NCBI GenBank assembly: GCA_025934255.1
Contig: JAICYJ010000005.1
Coordinates: 3,876-67,875, forward strand
Origin: Thermoleophilia bacterium
GTDB lineage: Bacteria > Actinomycetota > Thermoleophilia > Gaiellales > JAICJC01
Direction of reading: 5' to 3'
Length of the DNA: 64,000 bases
In this document: piece after piece, positions 1 to 8,638 of the stretch
How positions within the stretch are numbered: position 1 is the stretch's first letter
Layout: each line of letters begins with the position of its first letter
Notes under the pieces: model-generated
Told to the model about the DNA's origin: nothing
Database searches by the model: none
The model's input: the letters and a program-made list of their open reading frames with translations, nothing else
Position numbers and translations under genes: made by a program

Positions 1-67
1 CGCCAGCCGCGAATGGGCTTCCGAACCCGGCGGCCTCGCCGCCAGCAGCCCTCAGAAAGGGGTCACG

Positions 68-856
68 ATGACAGACATGATGGATCGGACGCTGACACGG
101 GCGTCCCTCATCCGAGGCGGCGCCGCCGCGGGTGTCGGGCTCGCGGTGGGTGGCCTGATGGGTGTGGCGCCGTCGTTTGCGTCCGGAGCCACCCAGGGCG
201 ACGTCGACATCCTGATCGCCGCCGAGATCGCCGAGGCGCTGGCGGTCACGACGTACTCCAACATCATCTTCAACGCGCCGTTCTTCACGCGCCTCGCGGA
301 CGACGATCAGGGGTACCTGCGGGCGGCACGCCAGGAGGAGATGTCGCACTACCTGCTGGAGAAGTCGGCAACCGGCAAGGACTCGCCGTACACGGCGTTC
401 TTCTACCCGCACCACATGTTCCACAACGCCCGCGTGACGCTCAACACGCTGGTCTCGCTGGAGGACGCGTTCATCGCCGCCTACCTGGTCGGCGTCCGTG
501 ACTTCTCGAGTGCCGACCTGCGCGTCACGGCCGCTCGCATCATGGGCATCGAGAGCGACCACCGCACGCTGGCGCGTGTCGTCGCACCCGGCGTCGCGGC
601 CAGGGACGGCGGCCCGATCGAGCGTGTGAAGGGCATCCAGGGCGTCCGCGAGTCGGTCGACCCGCCCAACAACAACGGCTACGAGCGCACGCTCGGCCTC
701 ACCAACATCAGCCAGGCCGTCGACGCGCTGCTCCCGTTCGTCGATGCCTCGGCCGCGGCCAAGGCCGGGTTCAACACCCGCAGGGCGTTCAAGTTCCATC
801 CGTTCACGCCCCACCTGCCCACCGAGCTGGGCGCGTTCCACAGCTTCGCCGGTTGA
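68..856 (+). CDS. Ferritin-like (di-iron four-helix bundle) domain protein with Tat-like N-terminal leader
   Basis: Carboxylate/His pattern AAEIAE...EEMSH...LEDAF...IESDH; leader TLTRASLIRGGAAAGVGLAVGG...APSFA. Confidence 0.78.
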   Translation: MTDMMDRTLTRASLIRGGAAAGVGLAVGGLMGVAPSFASGATQGDVDILIAAEIAEALAVTTYSNIIFNAPFFTRLADDDQGYLRAARQEEMSHYLLEKSATGKDSPYTAFFYPHHMFHNARVTLNTLVSLEDAFIAAYLVGVRDFSSADLRVTAARIMGIESDHRTLARVVAPGVAARDGGPIERVKGIQGVRESVDPPNNNGYERTLGLTNISQAVDALLPFVDASAAAKAGFNTRRAFKFHPFTPHLPTELGAFHSFAG

Positions 857-861
857 CCCCA

Positions 862-910
862 GACGGCGCCGCGGCACGGAGCCTGACACCGCTCCCTGCC
901 GCGGCCCGTC
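862..910. terminator. GC-rich hairpin between convergent genes (probable bidirectional terminator)
   Basis: GACGG-C-GCCGCGGCA-C-GGAGC / loop CTGACACC / GCTCC-C-TGCCGCGGC-CCGTC. Confidence 0.6.
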
Positions 911-917
911 GCTCGGG

Positions 918-2171
918 TCAGGGCATCGGCACCCGGTAGTTCGTCCGGCCCCAGGCGCGGGCGACGGTCTTGGGATCGGTCACGCGCACGCCTGACGGGA
1001 TCGCGTTCAGGATCCGCCGGTAGTCGTTCCAGCAGTACCGCTCCGCATCGTCCGTCCAGTGGTCCTGCCAGTGACGCGCGTTGCAGCGCCAGTGGCCCTT
1101 GCGGTCGCCGGTCACGAACACGTAGCTCTGCAGCGTGAGCCACTGGTTCGGCGCCAGCCGTTGCAGCGTCTGGATCAGCGCGACCGGCGAGTGGTAGGTG
1201 GTCGCGGTCGCCAGCTTCGAGCACGGCAGAGCCGGGTCGTTGCAGCGGCCGCCGCCGATCCCGGTGGTACGTTGCCAGTGGGGAAATGTCATCGCCTCTG
1301 CGCGGGTGGTGGGGCCGCCCGCGTAGCGCCTGCCGAACGCGAAGCACTTGGAGACGACGGCGGTCTCGACCTCCGAGCTCCACTTGTTGTCCGGGTAGGC
1401 GAATAGCCCGTCCCCGCTCCAGTGGCCGTGGCGCTCGAGATCGAGCAGGCTGCCGCAGGTTTCCGACCACTGCTGCTTCGGTGTCATCGACGCGAGGTTG
1501 GTCGCGAAGGTGCGGCCGTGCGACACGAACTTCCAGCCGTAGCGGTCGCGCAGCCGTGCCAGATCGGCCCACGACGCGGTCAGCGACCGTTTGTAGTGCA
1601 CGCAGGCGCGGGTCGCGGCCCGGGTGATGCCGGTCTCGACCGACCCGGTGGCGGCGATGCCGCGGCGTGCCAGCTCAGGTGCCACCTGGGTGATCAGGTT
1701 GACGGAGCCGGTGCGGTCGGGTCGGCAGTCCGCGGCGTTCATGATCTCCGACCGTGAGAACAGCAGGGTCAGGAACGGCGTCGCGGGCGACGGACGCTGG
1801 ACGGCGTCGGCGTCGAACACTAGGCGAAACCGTGAGTGCCCGCTGGCCGCGCGCACCCGCAACCGGTAGCGGCCGGGACGGGCCGAGCGCAGCACCAGGT
1901 GCTTGGGGTGGGCACGGCTGACGGCCGCCGCCACCGGCAGCCACCTGCCGCTGCGGGTGTGCCTGGCCAGGTACAGCCGCAGGTTGGCGTCTGCGTTCAG
2001 CCAGTGCAGCGTGGCCGTGATGTCTCGCGTGCGCTGGGTATGGAACACGGTGTCGGCCCGGCGTGGTGCCAGCACGGCGGTCGAGTCCACGCGGCCCGTT
2101 GTCGTCTGGGCCTGGGCGATGCCGGTCCACGCACAGAACAGAACGAGCGCCGCGGCCAACGTGCGTCTCAT
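918..2171 (-). CDS. Secreted protein: beta-sandwich (PPC-like) region plus degenerate polysaccharide-deacetylase (NodB)-like domain
   Basis: Signal peptide MRRTLAAALVLFCAWTGIAQA after GGAGAAGG RBS; FVSHG and FAYP segments resemble NodB motifs; several Cys. Confidence 0.55.
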   Translation of the reverse strand: MRRTLAAALVLFCAWTGIAQAQTTTGRVDSTAVLAPRRADTVFHTQRTRDITATLHWLNADANLRLYLARHTRSGRWLPVAAAVSRAHPKHLVLRSARPGRYRLRVRAASGHSRFRLVFDADAVQRPSPATPFLTLLFSRSEIMNAADCRPDRTGSVNLITQVAPELARRGIAATGSVETGITRAATRACVHYKRSLTASWADLARLRDRYGWKFVSHGRTFATNLASMTPKQQWSETCGSLLDLERHGHWSGDGLFAYPDNKWSSEVETAVVSKCFAFGRRYAGGPTTRAEAMTFPHWQRTTGIGGGRCNDPALPCSKLATATTYHSPVALIQTLQRLAPNQWLTLQSYVFVTGDRKGHWRCNARHWQDHWTDDAERYCWNDYRRILNAIPSGVRVTDPKTVARAWGRTNYRVPMP

Positions 2172-2276
2172 GCCTTCTCCTGGGTTCAGCTGTTCGAGCG
2201 GGGACACGGAGCGGCCCGCCACGGGTATCCCCACGACGCTAGCAAGACCGCGCGCGCCGGTAAACGGTAAAGATCG

Positions 2277-3008
2277 CTATTTCCGGGAATCTCGTTCGCC
2301 GGCCATCAGCTGCTCGAGCCGCCGGGCCATCCGCGGCCCCGCGGCCGAGTCCTCGTGCTTGAAGTAGCAGTAGACGTCGCTGCCGGCGTCCAGCGCCGCC
2401 TGGATCCGCCCAGCCCACCCGCCCAGCTCGGTGTCGCTGTAGGCCGTGCGTCGCAGTCGCAGGTACCCGAACGGCTGCCACACCAGCTCGTCGGTGCCGG
2501 CTGCGGCTTCGTCTGTGTCGGCGACACAGCGTGCGATCTGCCGCTCCGCCAGGAACGGCCAGGCTGCACGCCAGCTGGGGTGGCGGAACTCCATCACCGC
2601 CGCGATCCCCGGCGGCAGCCCGTCGGCGAACGCCGCCAGCAGCAGCTCGTCGTACTCCACGGTCGGCGGGCACTGGAACAGCACCGGTCCCATCCGGTCT
2701 CCGAGCACGGCGGCCTCGTTCATGAACGCGCGCACCTCGCCGGCGACGTCGCGAAGCCGTCGCACGTGCGTGATCCGCTGATTGGCCTTGAGCGTGAACC
2801 GGAACCCCTCCGGCGTCTGCAACAGCCACGAACCGAGCACCTTCTGCGACGGAAACTTGCGGAACGTGTAGTTGATCTCGACCGACCGAAACAGCGTTGC
2901 GTAGTACGACAACATGCGCGAGGCGGGCAGACCCTCCGGATAGAAGACGCCGTGGCGCCACTCGTCGTACCCGAACCCGGAGGTGCCGAGGTAGAGCGTT
3001 CCGGCCAT
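2277..3008 (-). CDS. DUF72 (YecE-like TIM barrel) protein
   Basis: LYLGTSGFGY, SVEINYTF, FTLKANQRITH, LFQCPP, EFRHPSW, YLRLR, YFKHE motifs; start placed at ATG 3008. Confidence 0.85.
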   Translation of the reverse strand: MAGTLYLGTSGFGYDEWRHGVFYPEGLPASRMLSYYATLFRSVEINYTFRKFPSQKVLGSWLLQTPEGFRFTLKANQRITHVRRLRDVAGEVRAFMNEAAVLGDRMGPVLFQCPPTVEYDELLLAAFADGLPPGIAAVMEFRHPSWRAAWPFLAERQIARCVADTDEAAAGTDELVWQPFGYLRLRRTAYSDTELGGWAGRIQAALDAGSDVYCYFKHEDSAAGPRMARRLEQLMAGERDSRK

Positions 3009-3028
3009 GGCTGGCATCATCCCACCCC

Positions 3029-3673
3029 GTGGCCGCCGATCACGATCATGAGCTGACGCTGCACCCGGCCGGAGCGACGGCGATGCTGGTGCTCGGGCAC
3101 GGCGCCGGATCATCGATGACATCGCCGTTCCTGACCGGGTTCAGCGAGCAGATCGCCGAGCTAGGCGTGGCCACGCACCGCTTCGACTTCCCCTACATGC
3201 GTGCCGGTCGCCGGGCGCCCGACCGCGCGCCGGTGCTGATCGCGGCCTACCGGCAGGCGTGGTCGCGGGCGGTCGAGCTGGCGGCGGGACTGCCGGTGTT
3301 CGCCGGTGGGCGCTCGATGGGCGGTCGCATCGCGTCGATGGCGGCAGCCGAGGGCATGTCCGCCGCTGGGCTCGTGTTCCTGGCCTACCCGCTGCATCCG
3401 CCCGGCCGGCCCGAGAAGATCCGCGATCAGCACCTGTACGGCCTGCCGATGCCGATGCTGTTCCTGCAGGGAACCCGCGACAGCTTCGCGCAGCCGGCGT
3501 TGCTGGCGGGCGTGCTTGAGCGCCTCGGTTCGCGTGCCCAGCTCGTCTCGATCGAGGGCGGCGACCACTCGTTCGCCCGGGCCGGGGCCAGCCGCGACGG
3601 GCGCCGCATCGGGGCTTCGCTGGCGCCGCTCGCGGCCGCCTTCGTGGAACGGGTGGTGGCCGGCTTGGGTTGA
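3029..3673 (+). CDS. Alpha/beta hydrolase (KANL3/Tex30-like)
   Basis: LGHGAG, nucleophile GGRSMGG, GTRD, GGDHSF triad; GTG 3029 start inferred. Confidence 0.8.
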   Translation: MAADHDHELTLHPAGATAMLVLGHGAGSSMTSPFLTGFSEQIAELGVATHRFDFPYMRAGRRAPDRAPVLIAAYRQAWSRAVELAAGLPVFAGGRSMGGRIASMAAAEGMSAAGLVFLAYPLHPPGRPEKIRDQHLYGLPMPMLFLQGTRDSFAQPALLAGVLERLGSRAQLVSIEGGDHSFARAGASRDGRRIGASLAPLAAAFVERVVAGLG

Positions 3674-3718
3674 CGGCTACCCGGCGGGCGCTGCTGAGGC
3701 CTGCGGTACAGTCGCCCC

Positions 3719-5164
3719 ATGTTCAGCCTCGACACCGGCCGCGACGTGCTCACTACCGACCAGCTCGATCAGGTGCACGAGCGGGCGATGACGGTGCTCG
3801 AGGAGATCGGCACCGACGTGCGCCACCCGGCGGCGCTGGAGATGCTGGCCGGACTCGGGCAGAAGATCGACGGCGAGCGTGTCCACTGGGATCGCGAGTT
3901 CGTGATGGAGATGCTCGCCAGGGCGCCGCATGCGTTCACGCTGCGGGGTCGCAACCCCGAGCGAGCGGTGCGGCTGGGCGACTCAAAGCCGGTGCTGACG
4001 CCGGTGGGCGGCTCGCCCTTCTGCTCCGACCTCGAGCGCGGACGCCGGGACGGCACCTACGCCGACCACGTCGAGCTGATCAAGATGGCGCAGGCCGCCG
4101 ACCTGATCACGTGCAACCAGAGCGGCACCGTCGAGGCCGGCGATCTCGATGAGAACAGCCGGCACATGGACATGGACTACTCGGTGCTGCGGTACTCCGA
4201 CAAGCCGCACGTCTGTTACGGCACCTCCGGGCCGAAGGCGCGGGACGCCGTCGCCCTGGCGGCGATCGCCTGCGGCGGCCGCGAGGCGATCGAGCAGACA
4301 CCGGCGCTGATGGGGATCGTCAACCCCAACAGCCCGCTGGTCTGGGACTTCCTGATGGTGGACGCGTTGTCGGAATGGGCATCGGCAGGCCAGCCGGTGG
4401 TGATCACGCCGTTCCTGCTGGCCGGGGCGACGGCGCCGATCACGATCGCCTCCGGGCTGGTGTTGAAGGTGGCGGAGGCGCTGTCGGGCGTGGCGCTGGT
4501 GCAGGCGATCCGGCCCGGTACGCCCGCGCTGTTCGGATCGTTCTTCACGGCCGTGGACATGCGCACCGGCGGCCCCGCCTTCGGCACGCCCGAGTCGGTG
4601 CTGGGGACGCTCGCCGGCGGCCAGCTGGCACGGCGCTACGGCCTCCCCTACCGGGGTGGCGGCGGCCTCTGCTCGTCGAACTCGCTGGACATGGCGTCGG
4701 CGGCGGAGACGGCCATGACGCTGTGGGCGACGATGCTGTCCGGCTCGCACCTGGTGATGCACGCCGCGGGCTGGCTGGAGGGCGGCCTGACGGCGTCGTA
4801 CGAGAAGTTCGTGATCGACCTCGAGATGCTGCGGATGTTCGCGATGATCGACGAGGGCATCGACACCAGCGAGGAGCGGTTCGCGATCGATGCGATGCGG
4901 GAGGAGGGGCCGGGCGGGATGTTCCTGGCCGCCGACCACACGCTCGCGCACTTCCGTGAGTGGATGTTCATGAGCCCGCTGTTCCGCTCGCAGGCCTACG
5001 TGACCTGGCAGAAGCAGGGCTCCGCCACCACCGCCACGCTGGCCACGGCCGAGTGGAAGAAGCTGCTGGAAAGCTACGAGGATCCCGGCATCGACCCGGC
5101 CGTCGACGAGGAGCTGCAGGAGTACATGCAGCGGCGCAGGGCCGAGATCGAGGCGGCCCTCTGA
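3719..5164 (+). CDS. mttB: Trimethylamine methyltransferase (MttB) superfamily, non-pyrrolysine, copy 1
   Basis: LEEIG, NPNSPL, ITPFLLAGATAP, GGPAFGTPE, GLPYRGGGG, HAAGWLEGGL, YEKFVID motifs; uninterrupted ORF. Confidence 0.92.
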   Translation: MFSLDTGRDVLTTDQLDQVHERAMTVLEEIGTDVRHPAALEMLAGLGQKIDGERVHWDREFVMEMLARAPHAFTLRGRNPERAVRLGDSKPVLTPVGGSPFCSDLERGRRDGTYADHVELIKMAQAADLITCNQSGTVEAGDLDENSRHMDMDYSVLRYSDKPHVCYGTSGPKARDAVALAAIACGGREAIEQTPALMGIVNPNSPLVWDFLMVDALSEWASAGQPVVITPFLLAGATAPITIASGLVLKVAEALSGVALVQAIRPGTPALFGSFFTAVDMRTGGPAFGTPESVLGTLAGGQLARRYGLPYRGGGGLCSSNSLDMASAAETAMTLWATMLSGSHLVMHAAGWLEGGLTASYEKFVIDLEMLRMFAMIDEGIDTSEERFAIDAMREEGPGGMFLAADHTLAHFREWMFMSPLFRSQAYVTWQKQGSATTATLATAEWKKLLESYEDPGIDPAVDEELQEYMQRRRAEIEAAL

Positions 5165-7260
5165 TGGGCCGGGAGCAGCGTCACGACATCCTGTTCGAGC
5201 CGGTCCGGATCGGGCCGAAGACGCTGCGCAACCGGTTCTACCAGGTACCTCACTGCACCGGCTTCGGGGTCGAGAAGCCGTGGACGCAGGCGGCGTTCCG
5301 CGGGATGAAGGCGGAGGGCGGCTGGGCGGCGGTCTGCACCGAGTACTGCTCGATCAGCCCCGAGTCCGACGAGACGCCCTACGTGTCGGCCCGGCTCTGG
5401 GACGACGAGGACATGCGGGCGCTGCAGATGATGACCGACCGCGCGCACGAGCACGGCGCGCTGGCCGGGGTCGAGCTGTGGCACGGCGGCGTCTACGCCG
5501 AGGGCCGCGAGTCGCGGCTGCCGCAGCTGGCGCCGTCGCAGATCAGCAGCGACCTGGACAGCGTGGTGGTGCCAAAGACGATGGAGCTGGCCGACATCCG
5601 GCGAGCGCAGGGGGAGTGGGTGGCGGCCGCGAAGCGGGCACGCGGCGCCGGCTTCGACATCATCTACGTGTACGGGTCGCACACCTACCTGCCCACGCAG
5701 TTCCTGTCGCCTGTGTACAACCGGCGCAGCGACGCCTACGGCGGCAGCTTCGAGAACCGTGCGCGGTTCTGGCTGGAGGCGATCGAGCTGGTCAAGCAGG
5801 CGGTCGGCGACGATGTCGCGATCGCGGTGCGGATCGCAGCCGACACGCTGGAGCTGTCAGGGGTGCCGATCGAGGAGGGGCTCGAGTTCATCCGCGCGGC
5901 CGACCCGTTGGTCGACCTGTGGGACGTGGTGATCGGCTCGATGTGGGGGCCGGGGCGGCTCGACTCGGGCCCGTCGCGGTTCTTCGACCAGGGCTACCAG
6001 ATGACCTGGTCGGGCCGTGCTCGCGAGGCGACCGAGAAGCCGATCGTGGTGGTGGGCAGGTTCACCGACCCCGACCGGATGGCCAACCTGGTGCGGGGCG
6101 GTACCGTCGACCTGATCGGCGCGGCGCGGCCGTCGATCTCGGACCCGTTCCTGCCGGAGAAGATCGAGCAGGGCCGCTACGAGGAGATCCGGGAGTGCAT
6201 CGGCTGCAATGCCTGCTACTCGCGGTCGATCTGGGGCCGGCATCTGGGCTGCACGCAGAACGCCACCGCGGGCGAGGAGTACCGGCGCGGTTGGCATCCG
6301 GAGCGGTTCGACCGCGCCGCGAACGCCGACCGGGCGGTGCTGGTGGTGGGCGCCGGACCGGCCGGCATGGAGTGCGCCACGGTGCTCGGCAAGCGCGGCA
6401 TGGAGCTGGTGCACCTGGTGGACGAGGCCGACGACATCGGTGGCTGCATGAGCTGGATCACGCGCATGCCCGGCCTCGGGACGTGGGGCCACGTGGTCGA
6501 CTATCGCCGCGCCCAGATGGACCGGCTGGACAACGTCTCGCTGGGGCTCGGCACGCGGCTGTCGGCGGCCGACGTGCTCGACTACGGCGCCCAGATCGTG
6601 GTCGTCGCGACCGGTTCGCACTGGGCCGGCGACGGCATCAGCGGCGTCACGCGGCTGCCGATCCCCGGCGCGGATGCCACGCTGCCGCACGTGCTGACGC
6701 CGGAGCAGGTGATGGTCGACGGCAAGCGGCCGCCCGGCGGCCGGGTGGCGGTCGTCGACTACGAGGGCTACTTCGTCGGCTCGGCGCTGGCCGAGCAGCT
6801 GCGCAGCGAGGGATACGAGGTCGAGTTCGTGACCAGCCACGAGGCGGTCGCGCCCTACTGCGATCAGACGCTCGAGGGTCGGCCGGTGCGGGAGCGGCTG
6901 AACGCGATCCGGGTGCCGGTGCAGCGGGCGGTGGTGGTCGATCGGATCGACGAGGGCGGGATCGACCTGGTGGGCGAGTTCCAGGCGACGTCGCGGCTGG
7001 CGGTGGACGGCGTGGTGCTGGTCACGCAGCGGCTCTCGGACGAGGCCCTGTACGGCGAGCTGGCAGGCGACCCGGCCGCGCTCGAAGCGGCCGGGATCGA
7101 GGCGGTCTACCGGATCGGCGACTGCGTCGCGCCGCGCTTGATCGCGGACGCGATCTTCGACGGCCACCGCCTGGCGCGCGAGATCGACTCGCCCGACCCG
7201 GAGCGTCCGCTGCCCTACCTGCGCGAGCGGCCGCTGATGGCGGCAACGCCGGCCGTCTGA
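5164..7260 (+). CDS. tmd: Trimethylamine/dimethylamine dehydrogenase family iron-sulfur flavoprotein
   Basis: HDILFEPVRIGPKTLRNRFYQVPHC (flavinylated Cys), TEYC, YVYGSHTY, CIGCNAC...CTQNATAGEEYRRGWHPE, GAGPAG; ATG overlaps the upstream TGA. Confidence 0.9.
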   Translation: MGREQRHDILFEPVRIGPKTLRNRFYQVPHCTGFGVEKPWTQAAFRGMKAEGGWAAVCTEYCSISPESDETPYVSARLWDDEDMRALQMMTDRAHEHGALAGVELWHGGVYAEGRESRLPQLAPSQISSDLDSVVVPKTMELADIRRAQGEWVAAAKRARGAGFDIIYVYGSHTYLPTQFLSPVYNRRSDAYGGSFENRARFWLEAIELVKQAVGDDVAIAVRIAADTLELSGVPIEEGLEFIRAADPLVDLWDVVIGSMWGPGRLDSGPSRFFDQGYQMTWSGRAREATEKPIVVVGRFTDPDRMANLVRGGTVDLIGAARPSISDPFLPEKIEQGRYEEIRECIGCNACYSRSIWGRHLGCTQNATAGEEYRRGWHPERFDRAANADRAVLVVGAGPAGMECATVLGKRGMELVHLVDEADDIGGCMSWITRMPGLGTWGHVVDYRRAQMDRLDNVSLGLGTRLSAADVLDYGAQIVVVATGSHWAGDGISGVTRLPIPGADATLPHVLTPEQVMVDGKRPPGGRVAVVDYEGYFVGSALAEQLRSEGYEVEFVTSHEAVAPYCDQTLEGRPVRERLNAIRVPVQRAVVVDRIDEGGIDLVGEFQATSRLAVDGVVLVTQRLSDEALYGELAGDPAALEAAGIEAVYRIGDCVAPRLIADAIFDGHRLAREIDSPDPERPLPYLRERPLMAATPAV

Positions 7261-7503
7261 CCCGTCACGGTCCCGTCACGGTGTCGAAACGCCCCGGCCG
7301 GCCGGGGAGGGCTCAGAGGCCGAAACGGCGGCCGTTGCTGAGGTGGGGGGTTGCCGTGGCGAACGTGACCGGTCTGTGACGGCGCGGCGGTGGGTGTCAC
7401 CGGCGGCGTGACGCGGCCGCGATGGTGGCGTGGTGGTTCCTTTGCCGGCGCGTTGCGAAGCGGGGCATTTTGTGTGCAACGGATCGGTCACGGCGGGGTG
7501 ACG
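7261..7503. repeat. Repeat- and palindrome-rich intergenic spacer between convergent genes
   Basis: Tandem CCCGTCACGGT x2 (7261-7282); eight GTCAC/GTGAC pentamers in four pairs; perfect palindrome CCCCGGCCGGCCGGGG (7292-7307). Confidence 0.6.
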
Positions 7504-8319
7504 TCAGCTGGGCGTGATGCCGAGCCGGATCGTGTAGCCGATCAGCATCGGTCGCGGCTCGGGCAGCCGTTCCCGGGCGATGCGCGTGAGCGCGTCCATC
7601 GTCTCCTCCAGCTCCGGCGCGCGGCCTTCGAAGATCGCGGTCGGGCCTCCCAGCGAGTGGGCGAGGTCGGTCACCGCTTCCGCGTCGGCCGTCGTCTCGG
7701 CGTGGCAGTGCACCTCGCGCGCTAAGGCGAACAGCCCGCTCTCGCGCAGCCTGGCCACGTGCTCGCGCTTCGGCCACTGCGAGGCCCCGGCGTGGATGCC
7801 GAGCCGCTCCCGCGCCGCCCAGCGCACGTCGATCACCGCGGCGAAGGCCGCGTCGACCTGCGGCTCGATCACCGGCACGACGTCGTAGTCGTACGCGCCG
7901 AACACGCCGCCGGGACGGAGCACCCGCGCCACCTCGGGCAGCACCGCGGCCGGATCCATCCAGTGGAACGACTGCGCGCAGGTGACGATGTCGGCCGATC
8001 CGGCCTCGAGGCCGGTCGCATCGGCATAGGCCTCCACGAACGTGACGTTGGCTTCGGCGGTCGTCGCCCGCGCCCGGGCCAGCATCGCCGGATTCGCCTC
8101 GACGCCGACCACCCGCTCGGCGCGGGCCGCCCAGGCACGGCTCGAGAGCCCAGTGCCGCTGCCCAGGTCGACCACCAGCTGCGGCCGGCCGCCCGCGCAG
8201 CGTGTGAGCACGTCCAGCGCGACCGCCGGAGGACTGGGACGGGCACCGTCGTAATGGTCGGCGAACCCCTCGTTCGCGTACCCCGACCGCCCGATCAGAT
8301 CGCGCGAGAACGTGCTCAC
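7504..8319 (-). CDS. Class I SAM-dependent methyltransferase
   Basis: VVDLGSGTG motif I, VGVE, ADIVTCAQSFHW, RVLRPGG; GTG start 6 nt after TAGCAT. Confidence 0.88.
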   Translation of the reverse strand: MSTFSRDLIGRSGYANEGFADHYDGARPSPPAVALDVLTRCAGGRPQLVVDLGSGTGLSSRAWAARAERVVGVEANPAMLARARATTAEANVTFVEAYADATGLEAGSADIVTCAQSFHWMDPAAVLPEVARVLRPGGVFGAYDYDVVPVIEPQVDAAFAAVIDVRWAARERLGIHAGASQWPKREHVARLRESGLFALAREVHCHAETTADAEAVTDLAHSLGGPTAIFEGRAPELEETMDALTRIARERLPEPRPMLIGYTIRLGITPS

Positions 8320-8353
8320 ACCTCAATGCTAGACGGCCACTAGGATCCCGGTG

Positions 8354-8638
8354 ATGGCGGAGTACCGGATCACTTACTGGCGTGAGATCCCCTCGATGGT
8401 GACCGCCCGCGACGGTGCGGCCACGTCCAAGGCGGCGCTGCCCGACCGCTTCCAGGAGGCCATCGACGAGGCCGCCATGCGCCAGGGCATGGCCGGCTCC
8501 GACGCCTACCTGGAGCAGTGGCATCACGGAGCATGGGAGCCGGCGGACGGTACGCCCGACGAGCTGGTCGCCACCCTCTCGGAGCAGCTCGACAACGACT
8601 ACGACGCGGCGCGCCTGGAATCGCTGCTGGAGGTGTGA
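8354..8638 (+). CDS. Small conserved protein of the so-called 'virulence factor' (PF13769-like) family
   Basis: YWREIPSMV...LPDRFQEAIDEAAM...SDAYLEQW pattern; translationally coupled to the Hcy methyltransferase; start 8351 or 8354. Confidence 0.72.
   Translation: MAEYRITYWREIPSMVTARDGAATSKAALPDRFQEAIDEAAMRQGMAGSDAYLEQWHHGAWEPADGTPDELVATLSEQLDNDYDAARLESLLEV

Noticed and set aside
7286-7356. Loose resemblance to c-di-GMP-I or c-di-AMP riboswitch segments
   Set aside because: There is no GNRA-capped P2 or other key conserved nucleotides, and no downstream gene in the right orientation.
7464-7478. Sigma-54-like TTGCAC-N5-ATGC on the minus strand
   Set aside because: It lacks the invariant GG at -24 and has no gene to drive.
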